From Eledone cirrhosa (Eukaryota): a DNA stretch of 64,000 nucleotides. Location: contig OZ024741.1 of NCBI GenBank assembly GCA_964016885.1, positions 79,732,001 to 79,796,000 on the forward strand, read 5' to 3'. The position numbers and the translations under genes are program-made. The notes below the pieces were generated by a model. It had not been told where the DNA came from. It was given only the letters and a program-made list of their open reading frames with translations, and searched no databases. This document shows positions 1-11,868 of the stretch, piece after piece (positions within the stretch are counted from its first letter, which is position 1; every line of letters starts with the position of its first letter).

Positions 1-1033
1 TCGATAGACTCTACTTAAGGAGATCTGAAGGTGGAAGAGGTCTTATCAGCATAGAGGACTGTGTTCAGATGGAGAAAAACAACCTACACAAATACGTGAC
101 TGATAGTAAGGAGCCAATTCTCAGAACTGTACTGAAGGACAGGACAATAGACCAGGGGATGTCCAAGGAGGAAATAACATCAAGGAGAAAGAGCAGCCTT
201 CAGGAAAAATCCCTTCATAGTACATTCTTTGAGAAAACTGAATTCAGAGATCCACAGACATGGAACTGGTTGAAAAGAGGAGACCTTAAAAAGGCTACGG
301 AAGGAATGTTAATGGCTGCGCAAGAGCAGGCCCTCAAAACGAAGTGGTTGAAACACCATATTTACAAGGAGGAGGCTAGCCCACTGTGCAGGATCTGTGG
401 AGAGAGAGAGAGAGGAGACTGTGGCTCACATTGTATCCGAGTGTAAACACCTAGCCCAGACTCACTATAAAGGCTGGAGACATGATGGGCAGGGTGATCC
501 ACTGGCACCTATGCAAAGTAAACAATTTACAACATTCAGAGAAGTGGTATGAGCATAAGCCAGAGTCGGTGATAGAAAACGATCAGGTGAAGGTGCTATG
601 GGATTTTAGGATACAGACGGACAAGAAACTGGAACACAATAGACCTGACCTGGTGGTTTTGGACACGGAAAAAAGATCGTGCCTGATTGTGGATGTGTTG
701 CCTGCCCATTCGACACGAGAGGGCAAGAGAAGGAGAGGGAGAAAATTAACCGATACCAGGACTTAAAGTGGGAGGTAAAAAGGATTTGGAACTGCCATGA
801 AGTCAAAGTGGTCCCGATTGTCATAGGCGCACTAGGTACTATCTCAAAAAGTTTCCAGGGATGGTTAAAGAAAATTGGCCCCGTCACGCTGTTTTGAACG
901 CTTCAAAAGGCATGCTTTCTGGGAACAGCAAGAACCCTCCGATACGTCCTGAATATCTGAGGCTGCAGGTAGTGGCTTGATATTCATTTCAACAAACTTT
1001 CCAGTTAACTAACATCAATGACTGAGACTCAAA

Positions 1034-1034
<1 letters not shown>
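1..1034 (+). mobile_element. 3' end of an R4/Dong-like non-LTR retrotransposon (CCHC knuckle + restriction-like endonuclease), frameshifted
   Basis: ORF pieces 69-446, 482-766 and 679-897 carry RLYxxRxEGGRGL upstream, EGMLMAAQEQAL, CRICGE, HNRPDLVVLD, ACPFD and VVPIVIGALG. A short 3' UTR follows, then (TAA)n. Confidence 0.85.

Positions 1035-1106
<72 letters not shown>
1035..1106. repeat. (AAT)n microsatellite between the R4-like and Tx1 3' ends
   Basis: Direct reading. Confidence 0.98.
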
Positions 1107-1107
<1 letters not shown>

Positions 1108-1348
1108 TTTTCTTTATTAACCACAAGGGTTCACATAAAGTAGACATTAAGGACAGTACAGGACAATACAGGACGGTACAAATGGGCATTTCTGCGTGTA
1201 AAAAACAGAGGTTGAAATAAAATACCAAAGAAAAATTCCCCAAAAAGGGGGAGACTTCCAAGGGACATTTGTGGAGAAAGCCCATTAAAAGACCACAGTG
1301 GCGCTGACCACCAGGGCAAGTGCCCTCTCCCAGTTTTCCACCTTTAAT

Positions 1349-4300
1349 TTACAGACACATACTCAGAGAAGGCCCATTCATTCGGGCCATACTTGCTTCT
1401 CTCACCCATCTTTCAACAAAATGCTGGGAAGAGAGCACTTCCCTCTCTACCCTGATTTTCCTTTTCAAATGAAATTTGAAAAAGTTAATCAGGGCATCAC
1501 CGAAGAGGTAAGTGCTCGTCTTCAGCCCTTTCAAACGTGTCCACCATACTATCTCTTTCGCCATGGCCACCAGACAGATAAAAACTGCCTGCCCTTCCAG
1601 GCTAAAGGAAGGGGGCGGGGCAATCCTCACGATGGACTCAGCTGATAGCTGGATCCGTCCTACACGTGACAGCAGGTGTTCGACATAAACCCACAAGTTA
1701 GCAATGCTCGGACACTGGACGAGTGCGTGCAGGACGGTTTCGTCGCCCTGCGCGCATCTCGGACATGCCCGGCTGACGGCACCTCCATGCCTGTAGAGTT
1801 TATCCCGAACTGGCAAAGCTCCTCGGTGGCACTGCCAGGCCAGGGATTTCTGGAAGTTGTCCATAGGCCCCGGCCCGAAAGTCCTTCCGAAGAGATTGGC
1901 TAGTTCATTTTCGTCGACGCCTAGAGTTTCTCCAAGTACGTCGTCGCTCTTCCCCTCCACTAATCCCCTATAGAACGCCAAGGTGGAGTTTCCACCGATC
2001 ACATTGCCCGATTGGTCGAGGGCTGTGAGCGCCTGAAGACATTCCAGTCTCCAAGCGCTCCCTCTCGGTCTTCGCTTGACCCAGGACTGCAGCTCCGTCA
2101 AGGCGACGAGCTGGGGAAAAACGTGTCTTGCAAACGGCGACCACACCTGATCACCGTCGAGGAAGAGGTGGAGATGTCGTAGCCTGAGCGCGTGTCTGCG
2201 CATCATCAGCCACGGCATGCCCAGCCCTCCACGTAGCGGGTGTTGACAGCAGATGGACCGCCTGACCATCGGAGCGCGTCCCTTCCACAAGAAGCGAAAG
2301 AGTAAACGCTCCAGCGCAGTCAGGCGGGGCTTAGGACAAGGTACGACGGTCAGGCGGTAGTAGATGACGGATGCGATGTACGCATTCGCCACCTCCGCTC
2401 GACCTTTCAGGGATAGCTTCCTCTCGGCCCATTTCTGGGTGAGAGAAGCCACCCTGCTCGTCACCTCGTCCCAGTTTTTGTCCGTCTGGAGGTCTGGACC
2501 GAACCAGACCCCTAGCAATTTAACCGGTCCGTCCGTCCAGCGCCCGACGACGCTGTTGGACGGCATGGACCTGCCTCTCCAGGTGCCGAGCTGCAGGCCC
2601 ACTGACTTTTCCTGGTTGATCATTGCTCCTGTCACCGCTTCGTATTCTCTTAATGTAGTGCCGATCGCCTCGATGTGTTTGGCGTTCGACACCACTACGG
2701 TGACATCGTCGGCATATGCTGACACGGATCTTCCGCATCCTAGTTCGCGCGGGACCCCCCTCAACGTCTCCAGTTTGTGCAGTAATGGCTCGAGAGTCAA
2801 TACGTACAATAGGGACGAGAGGGGACATCCTTGGCAGACCGAGCGCATGATGTTGATCGGTTCCGAAAGGTGACCGTTCACTCTCACTACAGAGCAGATG
2901 TCGCTGTGCATGGCAGCGATCCAGCCTCTGAAGACGGGCCCAAAGCCAGCCGCCCTCAGGACTGCCGCTAGGTACCGATGGTCGACCCTATCGAAAGCTT
3001 TCGACTGATCTAAATTGATCAAGGACCCACCCGTGCCAGGTTCCCTAGCTACCCTCTCTACGATGTATCGCATGAGGTGAAGGTTGTCGTGGATGGATCT
3101 GTTTGGAACGGCGCATGTCTGTGCCTCTCCCACCAGACCAACAACGACAAGCGCCAACCTCTTTGCTAGCACCTTGGCCAAAATCTTGAACTCTGTGTTT
3201 AGCAGTGTTATGGGCCTAAAATTATTTATGTTATCCCCCTTGTTCGGGTCCTTTCTCAGCAGCGCCACGGCTCCTCGGCTCACAGAGCTGGGAATTCTCC
3301 CGTTCTGTTGCCAGTTGCAGTAGACGTCCGCCAAGAGGCCTCCGAACAAGTCTGGTATCTGTACGTAAAGTTCATAGGGCAGACCATCCAAACCAGGCGA
3401 TTTACCTCTTGTGCAGCTAGTCATTGCCTCCCGTACTTCAGCGGCTGTTATCGGCTTTTCGCAACACTCCGCCTCGGTGGCCGAGAGCCGCGGCAGTCCG
3501 TCGAGGTAGACATTAAAGTCCATCCCTCGATCCGGCCCGCCGCTGCTCCCGAACAACTGAGCGAAGTGTCGCTGAAAAGCTTCACACATTTGCCTGGGAT
3601 CGAGTAGCGTGCTCCCGTCGTGGTCCACCAAAGACCGGATCGTGGCTTTGTTGCCACGATGCGCCTCCGCCACTCGGGCCCATTGAACGGCTTTCGTCCC
3701 CTCGTGTCTGAGAGCACGCACCTTAGTTCTGATAACGCAGCCTTCTTGCTTTGCATTGAAGAATTGGTCAAGGGCCAATTTCGCCGCAAGTACGTCGGTC
3801 GCGATGCCTTTGCTAAGCGCCTCGTCTAATTTTCTAACTAATTCTCCCTCTGCTCTATTTTTCTCTATTGCTAAAGCCTTACTAAACCTAATGGACTCTA
3901 TGCTAATTGCTCTTTTCAGAGCAAACCACCACCTGTTATTCACAATGGCCCCCGTTAATGCCCGCTTAACTAGTTCGCTAATCCGGTCTCTGTAGGCCTT
4001 GCGCGGTGGTAAGGACGCGTTTAGCTTCCAGTAGCCGGCTACTCGTCTATGAAGCCTATCTAAGTCAAGTACACAGATCACGAATTTGTGGTCCGTGTAG
4101 CTGACTATCTTGAATTGTGGACAGCCTATGCTAGACCTATCTATTTCTCTACAAAATACTCTATCTAGATATGATCTGGATGACCCTATGCGATTTGTCC
4201 AAGTCCACATTGGCACATTCGGGAAATCCAATCGGTACCTGTCAGACAGTTCAAAACGCCTGAGCAGGTTGGTGAGGCTCTTGCACCCTCCTCCCCTATC

Positions 4301-4767
4301 CGCTAATCCCACACGGTCCCAGCGCGTATCTACGATCCCGTTCCAGTCGCCCACTAACACTAAACAGCGGGACGTTCCAAGAAAGGTCTCCAGACGCCGG
4401 AAGAAATCAGGCCGCCCAGCTCCTGTCGGGGCATAGACGGCCACTAGCCTGAAAGCTTGCCCGTCTCCGCTCGTCACGTCTAGCACCACCAACTTACCTT
4501 CTGGGTCCGGGAAGATGGCCCGTATGGCGAGATCCAAACCACTCCGAAAAAGCACAGCAACTCCTCCCCCAGATCCCGGACATCTGGGAGATGCGTACAC
4601 ATCGTAGCCGCCGAAGATCGGTGCGAAGGCCCGTGCTTTGGAGATTCTGGTCTCGCTGATGGCCACTACATCTATGTTTAGTGACCTGCGGTCGTTGAGT
4701 AGGTGGCCCTGCTTCCATGACGACCCAAGCCACGCGTATTTATGCTGCCTATTCAGAATGAGGTCAT
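1349..4767 (-). CDS. Tx1 ORF2 (APE endonuclease, reverse transcriptase, C-terminal CCHC); first ~30 codons disrupted
   Basis: 1105-aa open frame with VYAP, GDWN, SYLDR, TDH, KSPGLDG, FRPITLLN, DQSKAFDRV, QGCPLS, YADD and CPRC..ETVLH..C. The ATG at 4767 is followed by a CGA>TGA stop and a frameshift. Confidence 0.9.
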
Positions 4768-4800
4768 GTTGAATGGAGTGGAAAAGATGGGAAAGACCAC

Positions 4801-6750
4801 TTACCTTACTTCTCGTAGAGGAAGGATGGTTTGTCCATCCTTTTCACTGCTCGTGGCCTCCTCCGGAAGGATGTCCTTATAAATCCTCCTGGAGAGTGTT
4901 TGTCAGAAGTCTCCGATGTCTTTGGGGAATTTTTGTTTTAGTGTCGTGTACGTTTTCTGTGTGATGCGAGTAATTTGTATGTGTGGAGGTAGTGTGAACT
5001 TTTGGGTTGTTGTGTACTCTTTTTCTGTGATGCTGGTGTTGTGTTGGATGTAGTGTAATAATTGGTTGTTGTTCAAATTTAATGCTGTGTAGTGTGTATC
5101 GTTTTGGTTGTTTTGTTTTGTTTGCGTTTGTTGTGGGCTTGTTTCTGTTACGCTTTTTGGTGACTTTTGTGGTGTTGGTGATGGTGGTGTTGGGGTTAAT
5201 GATGGTGATGGTGTTGGTGTTTGTGGTGATGGGGTTGGTGATGCTGGTGTGGATATCTGTCTTAAATTTCTTGTTCGATAATTTATTTGTTTCCCTCTGT
5301 ATTTTGTTTTTGGAGGGGGAAGGAAGAGAATTTTTTCTTTTTTGGTTTCTTTTTTTTTTTCTTTTTTCCTGATACCGTTTCCCACTCCTCGTCGTCACAA
5401 TCTGTCTCCAGTTGCGATAAGCCGGGGAGTGGAAAATCCTCCACAGGCGTTGGTTTTGGTTGTGGCGTGGTGGATGGTGTAGGCGCTGGTGCTAGTTCTG
5501 GCGCGTTGGGTGGTGGTGACGTTGGTTTTGCTACTGTTGCTGGGGTTGTTGCTGTTACAGTTGCTTCTGTTGTTGCTGCTACAGTTGTTGCTGCTATTTC
5601 TGCTGCTGGTGGTGTTGATGGTTGAGTCACTGGGGTGGGTAAGAGAGGTGGCCTCAACCTTTTAGCCTGAGGGCAGAAAGTCCTTAGGTGGGTTCCTTCA
5701 CCTCAAACGACACACCTAGGTCTTCTGCCCTCGACGATTACGGTGAGGTGGCTGCCGTCAGTGAGGTCTATTACCTCTGGGATATCTTCAATGCTTTTAT
5801 GGTCCGCTTGGATCAGGAGCTCCATCCCAGATCCGGACCAGTTCTCCTGCTTTTCTTTTGCTATTTCTATTATTTTGGTGTTGGCCTCGATGCCGGCGAG
5901 GACGGCAGCCATTAGCCAGGGAATTTCGATGGCCGGTGGAACGTGGGTCACCCTGATCTTCACAAGTCTCTGGCCACAATAGCTTGGGATGAGTGTGAAG
6001 TCGTCACTTCTTAAAGGGGCCATGGAGTGTTCTCTGGCCTCCTGTGGTGTTTCAAAGAACACGTCCACGGTTCCATACTTCTGCCCACGTCTGATGTGGG
6101 TTTTTTTTGCCCACACATGTCCCAAAGCTTTTTGGATTTGGGACTCAGATGCCCGTTCCACTCGGCGCGATTTTATGTTTATTGTCCGATAAGACACGGT
6201 GCATAGGCGACGTTGCTTCATTTTATTAGGTGGGGGGGGGGCTGACCCTGTACCCATCTTTCTTTACCATTCCTTTGGCTTCGTCTAATTCTTCCTGAGT
6301 TACCTGGATAGCTTCGCACGTTTTTGCTACTCTGGCAAAACTCAGGGTAGTTTTCTTAATTTCATTGTTGCTGTTGTTATTATCGTTATTTTTGCTATTG
6401 TTAATTTTAGTTTCAGTTGTGGTGGTGGTGGCGTCAGTGGTGTTCGGTGTGGAAGAGTTCATTTTGGTTGAATTAATTTCGATGTCATGAGTTAATTTAT
6501 TTTTTTCTTTTGTTTCTGTTGTCGCTGTGGTGGTGGTGGGGGTGGTGTTTGTCGTGGTGGTGGTGGTGGTGTTGGCGGCTTTAACACCTGCAGTCATTGG
6601 TAATGGCGGGAAATGAACGTCTGCCTGAGACAAATTTAAAATATTGCTACTGCTTACAATTCCAGTGTTGACAAACGTAGCAATGTTTACAATGGTGGTG
6701 TCGGTGTGAGGTGTTGGATTGTGAGGAAGGACTGAATCTGAGCCATCCAT
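4801..6750 (-). pseudogene. Tx1 ORF1 (RRM-like region, one CCHC knuckle, P/T-rich linker, C-terminal domain)
   Basis: Pieces 6226-6750, 5703-6257, 5283-5657 and 4903-5385 are joined by homopolymer frameshifts and two TGA codons. Motifs SFARV, RGQKYG and VEGRRPRCVV*GEGTHLRTFC are homologous to ORF1 of the other copies. Confidence 0.8.
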
Positions 6751-6968
6751 TATTATTCAAAGAAAACATTTTTTGTTTGATAATTATAAAAGTTTAAATT
6801 TTGGGCTCAAGGCCCCAATATTTTTGAGTGTCCTTTTCAGAAATCAATGTATGTGCACCTATATATAGTTTAACAATAAAAATTTTCCATAAATGGCAAT
6901 TTTAAATAACTGAAAATAACAAACCTTTGCGGAGCTCACGATGATACGATTTACTACGTAGGTCGCCC

Positions 6969-7012
<44 letters not shown>
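6969..7012. repeat. (AAT)n microsatellite
   Basis: Direct reading. Confidence 0.98.
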
Positions 7013-7014
<2 letters not shown>

Positions 7015-7257
7015 TTTCATTTATTAGCCACAAGGGCCGACATGTAGGGGACAATACAAAGACAGGGACAGTGAGGGTTTACAATAAGGTCGAGTAAAAG
7101 TGCACAATGGCAAGACTAATTTAACAATGAAAATATAAAATATAAAATAAACTATGCAAAATATAACAAAATAAATTCCCCGATAGGGGGTGGACGACCC
7201 TGGGGTGATTCGGGTACCCCACCAATCCTGAACCACCCTGCCCTTGTAGGGCACCCA

Positions 7258-7258
<1 letters not shown>
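7013..7258 (-). mobile_element. 5'-truncated Tx1 copy (3' UTR only, diverged subfamily) in (TAA)n
   Basis: Ends TTGTATTGTCCC...CCCTTGTGGCTAATAAATGAAATC like the other Tx1 3' ends, and is flanked by (AAT)n on both sides. Confidence 0.8.
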
Positions 7259-7318
<60 letters not shown>

Positions 7319-7342
7319 AAGAAGAAGAAGAAGAAGAAGAAG

Positions 7343-7385
<43 letters not shown>

Positions 7386-7480
7386 CCGAGAACAACAACA
7401 ACAACAACAACAACAACAACGAGAACAACATCAACAAAACAACAACAAAGGCTGCACCAGCAACAACCACAACAACACCA
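7259..7480. repeat. Compound (AAT)n-(AAG)n-(AAC)n microsatellite
   Basis: Direct reading. Confidence 0.95.
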
Positions 7481-7669
7481 CAAACCAGCAGAAAAGTCTA
7501 TTTTCTGCCTAAAAGTCTCTGAAGTCCAGTTGAGATGGAAACCATTTCCATTTAAAACTTAGTATGGGTGAGATCTTTCCAAGAAAGGAATGTCATTGAC
7601 TGTTAACCACATGGGAAGTAGACTGAACGGCTATTATTTGACAGCAGAATGACGACTGGGAATAAGAAA

Positions 7670-8025
7670 GAGCGCGAGAGTGAGAGTGAGACAGGGTGAG
7701 AGGGGGGGGGTGATACAGAGAAAGAGTATGTGTGTGTGAGTGTTTGTGTGCAGAGAGAGTGGGGAGAGAGAAGAGAGAGTAGAGAGAGATACAGGGAAAG
7801 GGTATGTGCATGTGTGAGTGTTTGTGTGTAGAGAGAGTGGGGAGAGAGTGGAGAGAGAGTGGAGAGAGAGTGGAGAGAGAGTGAAGAGAGTGTGTTTGAG
7901 TGTGTGAGTGTTTGTATGTAGAGAGAGTGGAGAGAGAGTGGAGAGAGAGTGGAGAGAGTGTGTGTGAATGTGTGTGTGTTTCTTTGTGGGGAGAGTGGAG
8001 GGAGTGAGTAAAGAGAGATAGATAG

Positions 8026-8066
<41 letters not shown>

Positions 8067-8284
8067 AAGAGGGATAGGGGGAGAGAGTAGAGAGGGGATG
8101 GAAAAAGAAAAGAGATTGTATAAAGAGGGATTAGAGGGACAGGGAGTGGGGGATGTGAAAGAAAGCAACTGAAAGAGAAAGACAATATTTGTGGGGATTT
8201 GAGAGAGAGGGGGAAGAGAGAGGATATGTGGGATAGAAGGGGAGATAGGATAAGAGAGTGTATGTATATGGAAGGAGGAGAGCG

Positions 8285-8347
<63 letters not shown>

Positions 8348-8800
8348 AAGAGAAAAAGTATGGGAGAGTTTGAGAGAGGGGGTGGTGCGAGAGAGAGTGT
8401 GAAAGAGAGAATATAGATGTGCTGACTTGAGATAGATAGAGTAAAAGAGAGTGTGATATAGTGAGTGGGGATGAGAGAGAGAGAGAGAGAGAGAGACAAG
8501 GATAGAATGACAGAGAGAAGAGTGTGTTGGGATAAGAGATAGAGAGAGAAGGGTAGAAAAAAGAGAGAGAAAGAAAGGGAAAGAGAAAAGGTAGAGAAGA
8601 GAGAGAGAGAGGAGAGGAGTAAAGAGAAAGAAATGAGGAAGAGGAGGAGGAGGAGGAGGAGGAGGAGGAGGAGGAGGAGGAGGATGAGGAGGAGGAGGAG
8701 GAGGAGGAGGAGGAGGAGGAGGATGTGTGTGTGTGTGGTGACATGAAAGAGAGATTGTGGGGGGGGGGGGGGCTAGAGAGAGAAATGAGGAGAAAGGTGG
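7670..8800. repeat. GA-rich low-complexity tract with (GA)n, (GGA)n and (GTGGAGAGAGA)n
   Basis: Direct reading. Confidence 0.9.
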
Positions 8801-9059
8801 GCGGGATAGAAAGATAAGATTAGGGAGAGTGAGGTAGTAATGAAAGCATTTTTTTTACAAAGAATATCGAGAAATAAGAATCAAGAAAATCCTTACATTT
8901 ACCAAATGTATATGAATGTATATTACATCTGTAAACAGAGTTACAGTCATCCGTATTATAATGTAACTTATGTAAGTATATCTATATATGTAACTGAAAC
9001 ACTGCCTGTCCTTCTTCTCACCGATTATCACAGCCTACAGTACCTCATCCATCACATCA

Positions 9060-9406
9060 TGTTTTGCACCAACCATCTCTCTGAATACTATAGCTATCCA
9101 CCGCATGCGTAGGTACGGACGGACATGTCCTCCGCTTTCCACCAGATCATCCTACCTGGGTCATATTCTACTTCGACGCACTGAGTGCAGGCTGGAAGAG
9201 GCCCTTCGGCAGATCCTGCACCAGATTGCTGGATATCATCAGGGAAGATCTCCGGAGACTCGACATCACTTTGGAGGATGCAGAGGAGCTGGCACGGATT
9301 CCGCCAGTGGTGGAGGGTGCTGGTGGACCTGGTCGGCTTTACGTACGACGATGCTTTGGGATCGCTAGCTTAGGATCACCATAGCCTCGTCGAGCAAGAG
9401 CAAGAA
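9060..9406 (+). mobile_element. Degenerate 3' end of an RTE-type LINE
   Basis: Frameshifted RMRRY/GHVLRFPPDHP and WKRPFGRSCTRLLDIIREDLRRLDITLEDAEELAR, with a CAAGAGCAAGAA tail. Confidence 0.65.
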
Positions 9407-9534
9407 GGTCTCTCTGAGGGAATGAATAACAAATGTAAAAGAGAGAGAAGTGTTAAAATTTCCCTCTATGTATGATGGTGTCAATATATGTAAATTAGTC
9501 TCCGTTTTCAACTAGGAATCTTTTACGAGATTCC

Positions 9535-9680
9535 TCGATATGCTGGAAATAGCAGCCGTATCTTTCTCAAATCACACTCTATAATCTTAAATGAATGATA
9601 CATTGAAAATATAGTCTTTGATTTACCAAAGGACAGGATGGTTATTACTTGAACGGATCTGGGGTTAAATAATCGTCAAG
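9535..9680 (+). repeat. Dispersed repeat (also about 29520-29650 +, 30040-30180 -, 30650-30730 -, 60520-60605 +)
   Basis: Shared diverged motif GAAATAGCAGCC-AATCT..CTCAAATCACAC....ACATTG.A.AAT.TAGTC. Confidence 0.6.
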
Positions 9681-10137
9681 CTAGAAATTGCAACCAAATT
9701 TCCCACAAATCATACCAGTACGAAGAAAATGTCGGTTTCCAAATTCACAAGAATTCCCAATTTCCTGAAATAAGTATTTTTATATTTTTTCCAAGGAAGT
9801 GTTCTGATTGAAATCTTGCAGCAAGTCTAAGCCTTTAAAGCAATATATGTATTAAATACTCTCTATAGCAATATCAATATCTATCTATCTATCTATCTAT
9901 CTCTCTGCCTGACGCGTGGAACATCGCCGGTGAGATTTTTTGTAAATTTATATACGAAAAACAGAACAAATTGTTTGAAAAAACATATTATTTTGTAGAT
10001 TAACCCCCAAGCTGAATTATCAGCTGGGTGGTAATCCCATTTTTCGCCCCTTTAGGGGCGAAAATTTAATTTTAAAATTGTTTTAAAATATCAAATTTTG
10101 CCAACTATAAAATATCAAATTTTGCCAACTACAAAAT

Positions 10138-11827
10138 ATGAATAACACGAAGAGAACGCTGGAGAAAGTCGACAGAGAAAAGAGAGAGAAAGAGGCAGAT
10201 TTTAACGTTATATCTGCTTCTGCTGCTATGGACGTCGCCATAGATACGACTGTCAACAAAGGGAAAAAAATATTGCCACTTGAAGATTGTACAATTTCTA
10301 CCGTCGAAACAGAAAAAAAATGAAAACACAGGAATTAAACCCATACACATAAAAAAAACAATATCAATAACTCCACAGATACATCTACACAAAGTTTTAC
10401 CTCGTCAAGGAACTGAGATTTCCAACACCGAGGCTAAAAACCATATCAACATCAACAACAACAGCAACACCGCACAAAAAAAATGTCTTTCGCTGAAACA
10501 GTGAACAAAAATCAAGATTTTATAAATCTTGACATCTCCAATGCAAGAGATATGCTCCAGCAAGGGAGAAAATTTGTAACTTTCGAAGAAAAGGGTGGGT
10601 TTAGAATTGACTCAGCCCTTGAAATAAAAGAAAACACAGTTCGAAGATCAGTGATCTTTAGGACTGTGTCCAATACCACGAGAAATCCGATATTTGTTAG
10701 CCAAGGAGATATAGTAAATACCTTGAAAGAAATTCTAACAAATATCGTATTTCTCCAACGAGGAAAACAGTACGGAAGTGTTTCCGTACTGTTTAAAAGC
10801 GATGTCAAAAGCATTCACCTTTTTCTCTACATACATGGGAAAAATAACCCAAAAAATAAAAATTAAAAATATACCACCAAACATTAACATCTTGTGGATC
10901 TTAGTTGGCTTCGTAGAGCCAGAAACTGATATGATTCTTTCGATACGAAAGTCTATTCGACAAAGGTGGGCGGGTACTGATTTGGAGATTCTGTTGCAAA
11001 TGAGGCCGGAGAAAATCTCCAAAATACCCGAAAGAGTCGTCATCGATGATAACAACAAAATAAACATTTCGGTAGAAGGACGAAAATTTCATTGCTTTCG
11101 CTGTGGTAGCACAGCACACCTAAAAGCCTCTTCTCCTTCACAAAAACACACCACAACAACATCATTAAAAAAACACTATTACCAACACCAACACTAAAAC
11201 AACCACCACCACCACAAGTACAACGACAGACGAAACGAGCAACCACAGCAAAACAAACAGCCACTCAACCAACAACAACAGAAAAAACACAGACAACACC
11301 CCTGAAGAACACAGCCCCACCCAATCCCACTCCGTCAAACACAAAACCTCAAAAACTCCAATCGCCAACACCAACACACAACAACAGGTACAAACAACAA
11401 CACAAACAACACCACAGTCAAACATCCCCCTACCAGCAAAACCAACACCAACACCACCCCAAACACAAGCACCCACCATAAAAAGAAAACTCCCGGACGA
11501 ACAACAAACTAAAACAACACAACAAAAACACAAACAACAATACGCATACATCAACACAAACAACAAGAGTTTGAGGGAGGTCATCTCCCAAAACCCCAAG
11601 GTGGAGACGAAGGGCAAAACTTTCGTCAAGGCAGAATCGTCTCCAACTTATAAGGATTTCTATGGAAACCTATAATGACCTGAAAAATAAATTTTCACAG
11701 GACGTGGGCAACCCCTGCCAGAAACCCATCAACCGTGTCCTGTTAAAATGTTTCCCCACCCCACCCAACACCCCATCCAGCACCCAATGGAGATTGAACA
11801 ACCCGATCTCAGGAAACGAAAAGGTAA
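10138..11827 (+). pseudogene. T2 ORF1, disrupted
   Basis: Pieces with SFAETV, QRGKQYG, VEGRKFHCFRCGSTAHLKAS and KFSQDVGNPC, highly similar to 53404-54693. Confidence 0.8.
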
Positions 11828-11868
11828 GTGTGCCTTTCGTCCTTTTTCTCCAACTCTTCTTCACCAAC

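Larger units (their letters stand above)
1107..6968 (-). mobile_element. Apparently full-length Tx1-clade LINE (copy T1) inserted in (TAA)n
   Basis: 5' UTR, ORF1, APE-RT ORF2 and a 3' UTR ending CCCTTGTGGTTAATAAAGAAAAC. (AAT)n lies on both sides. Confidence 0.9.
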
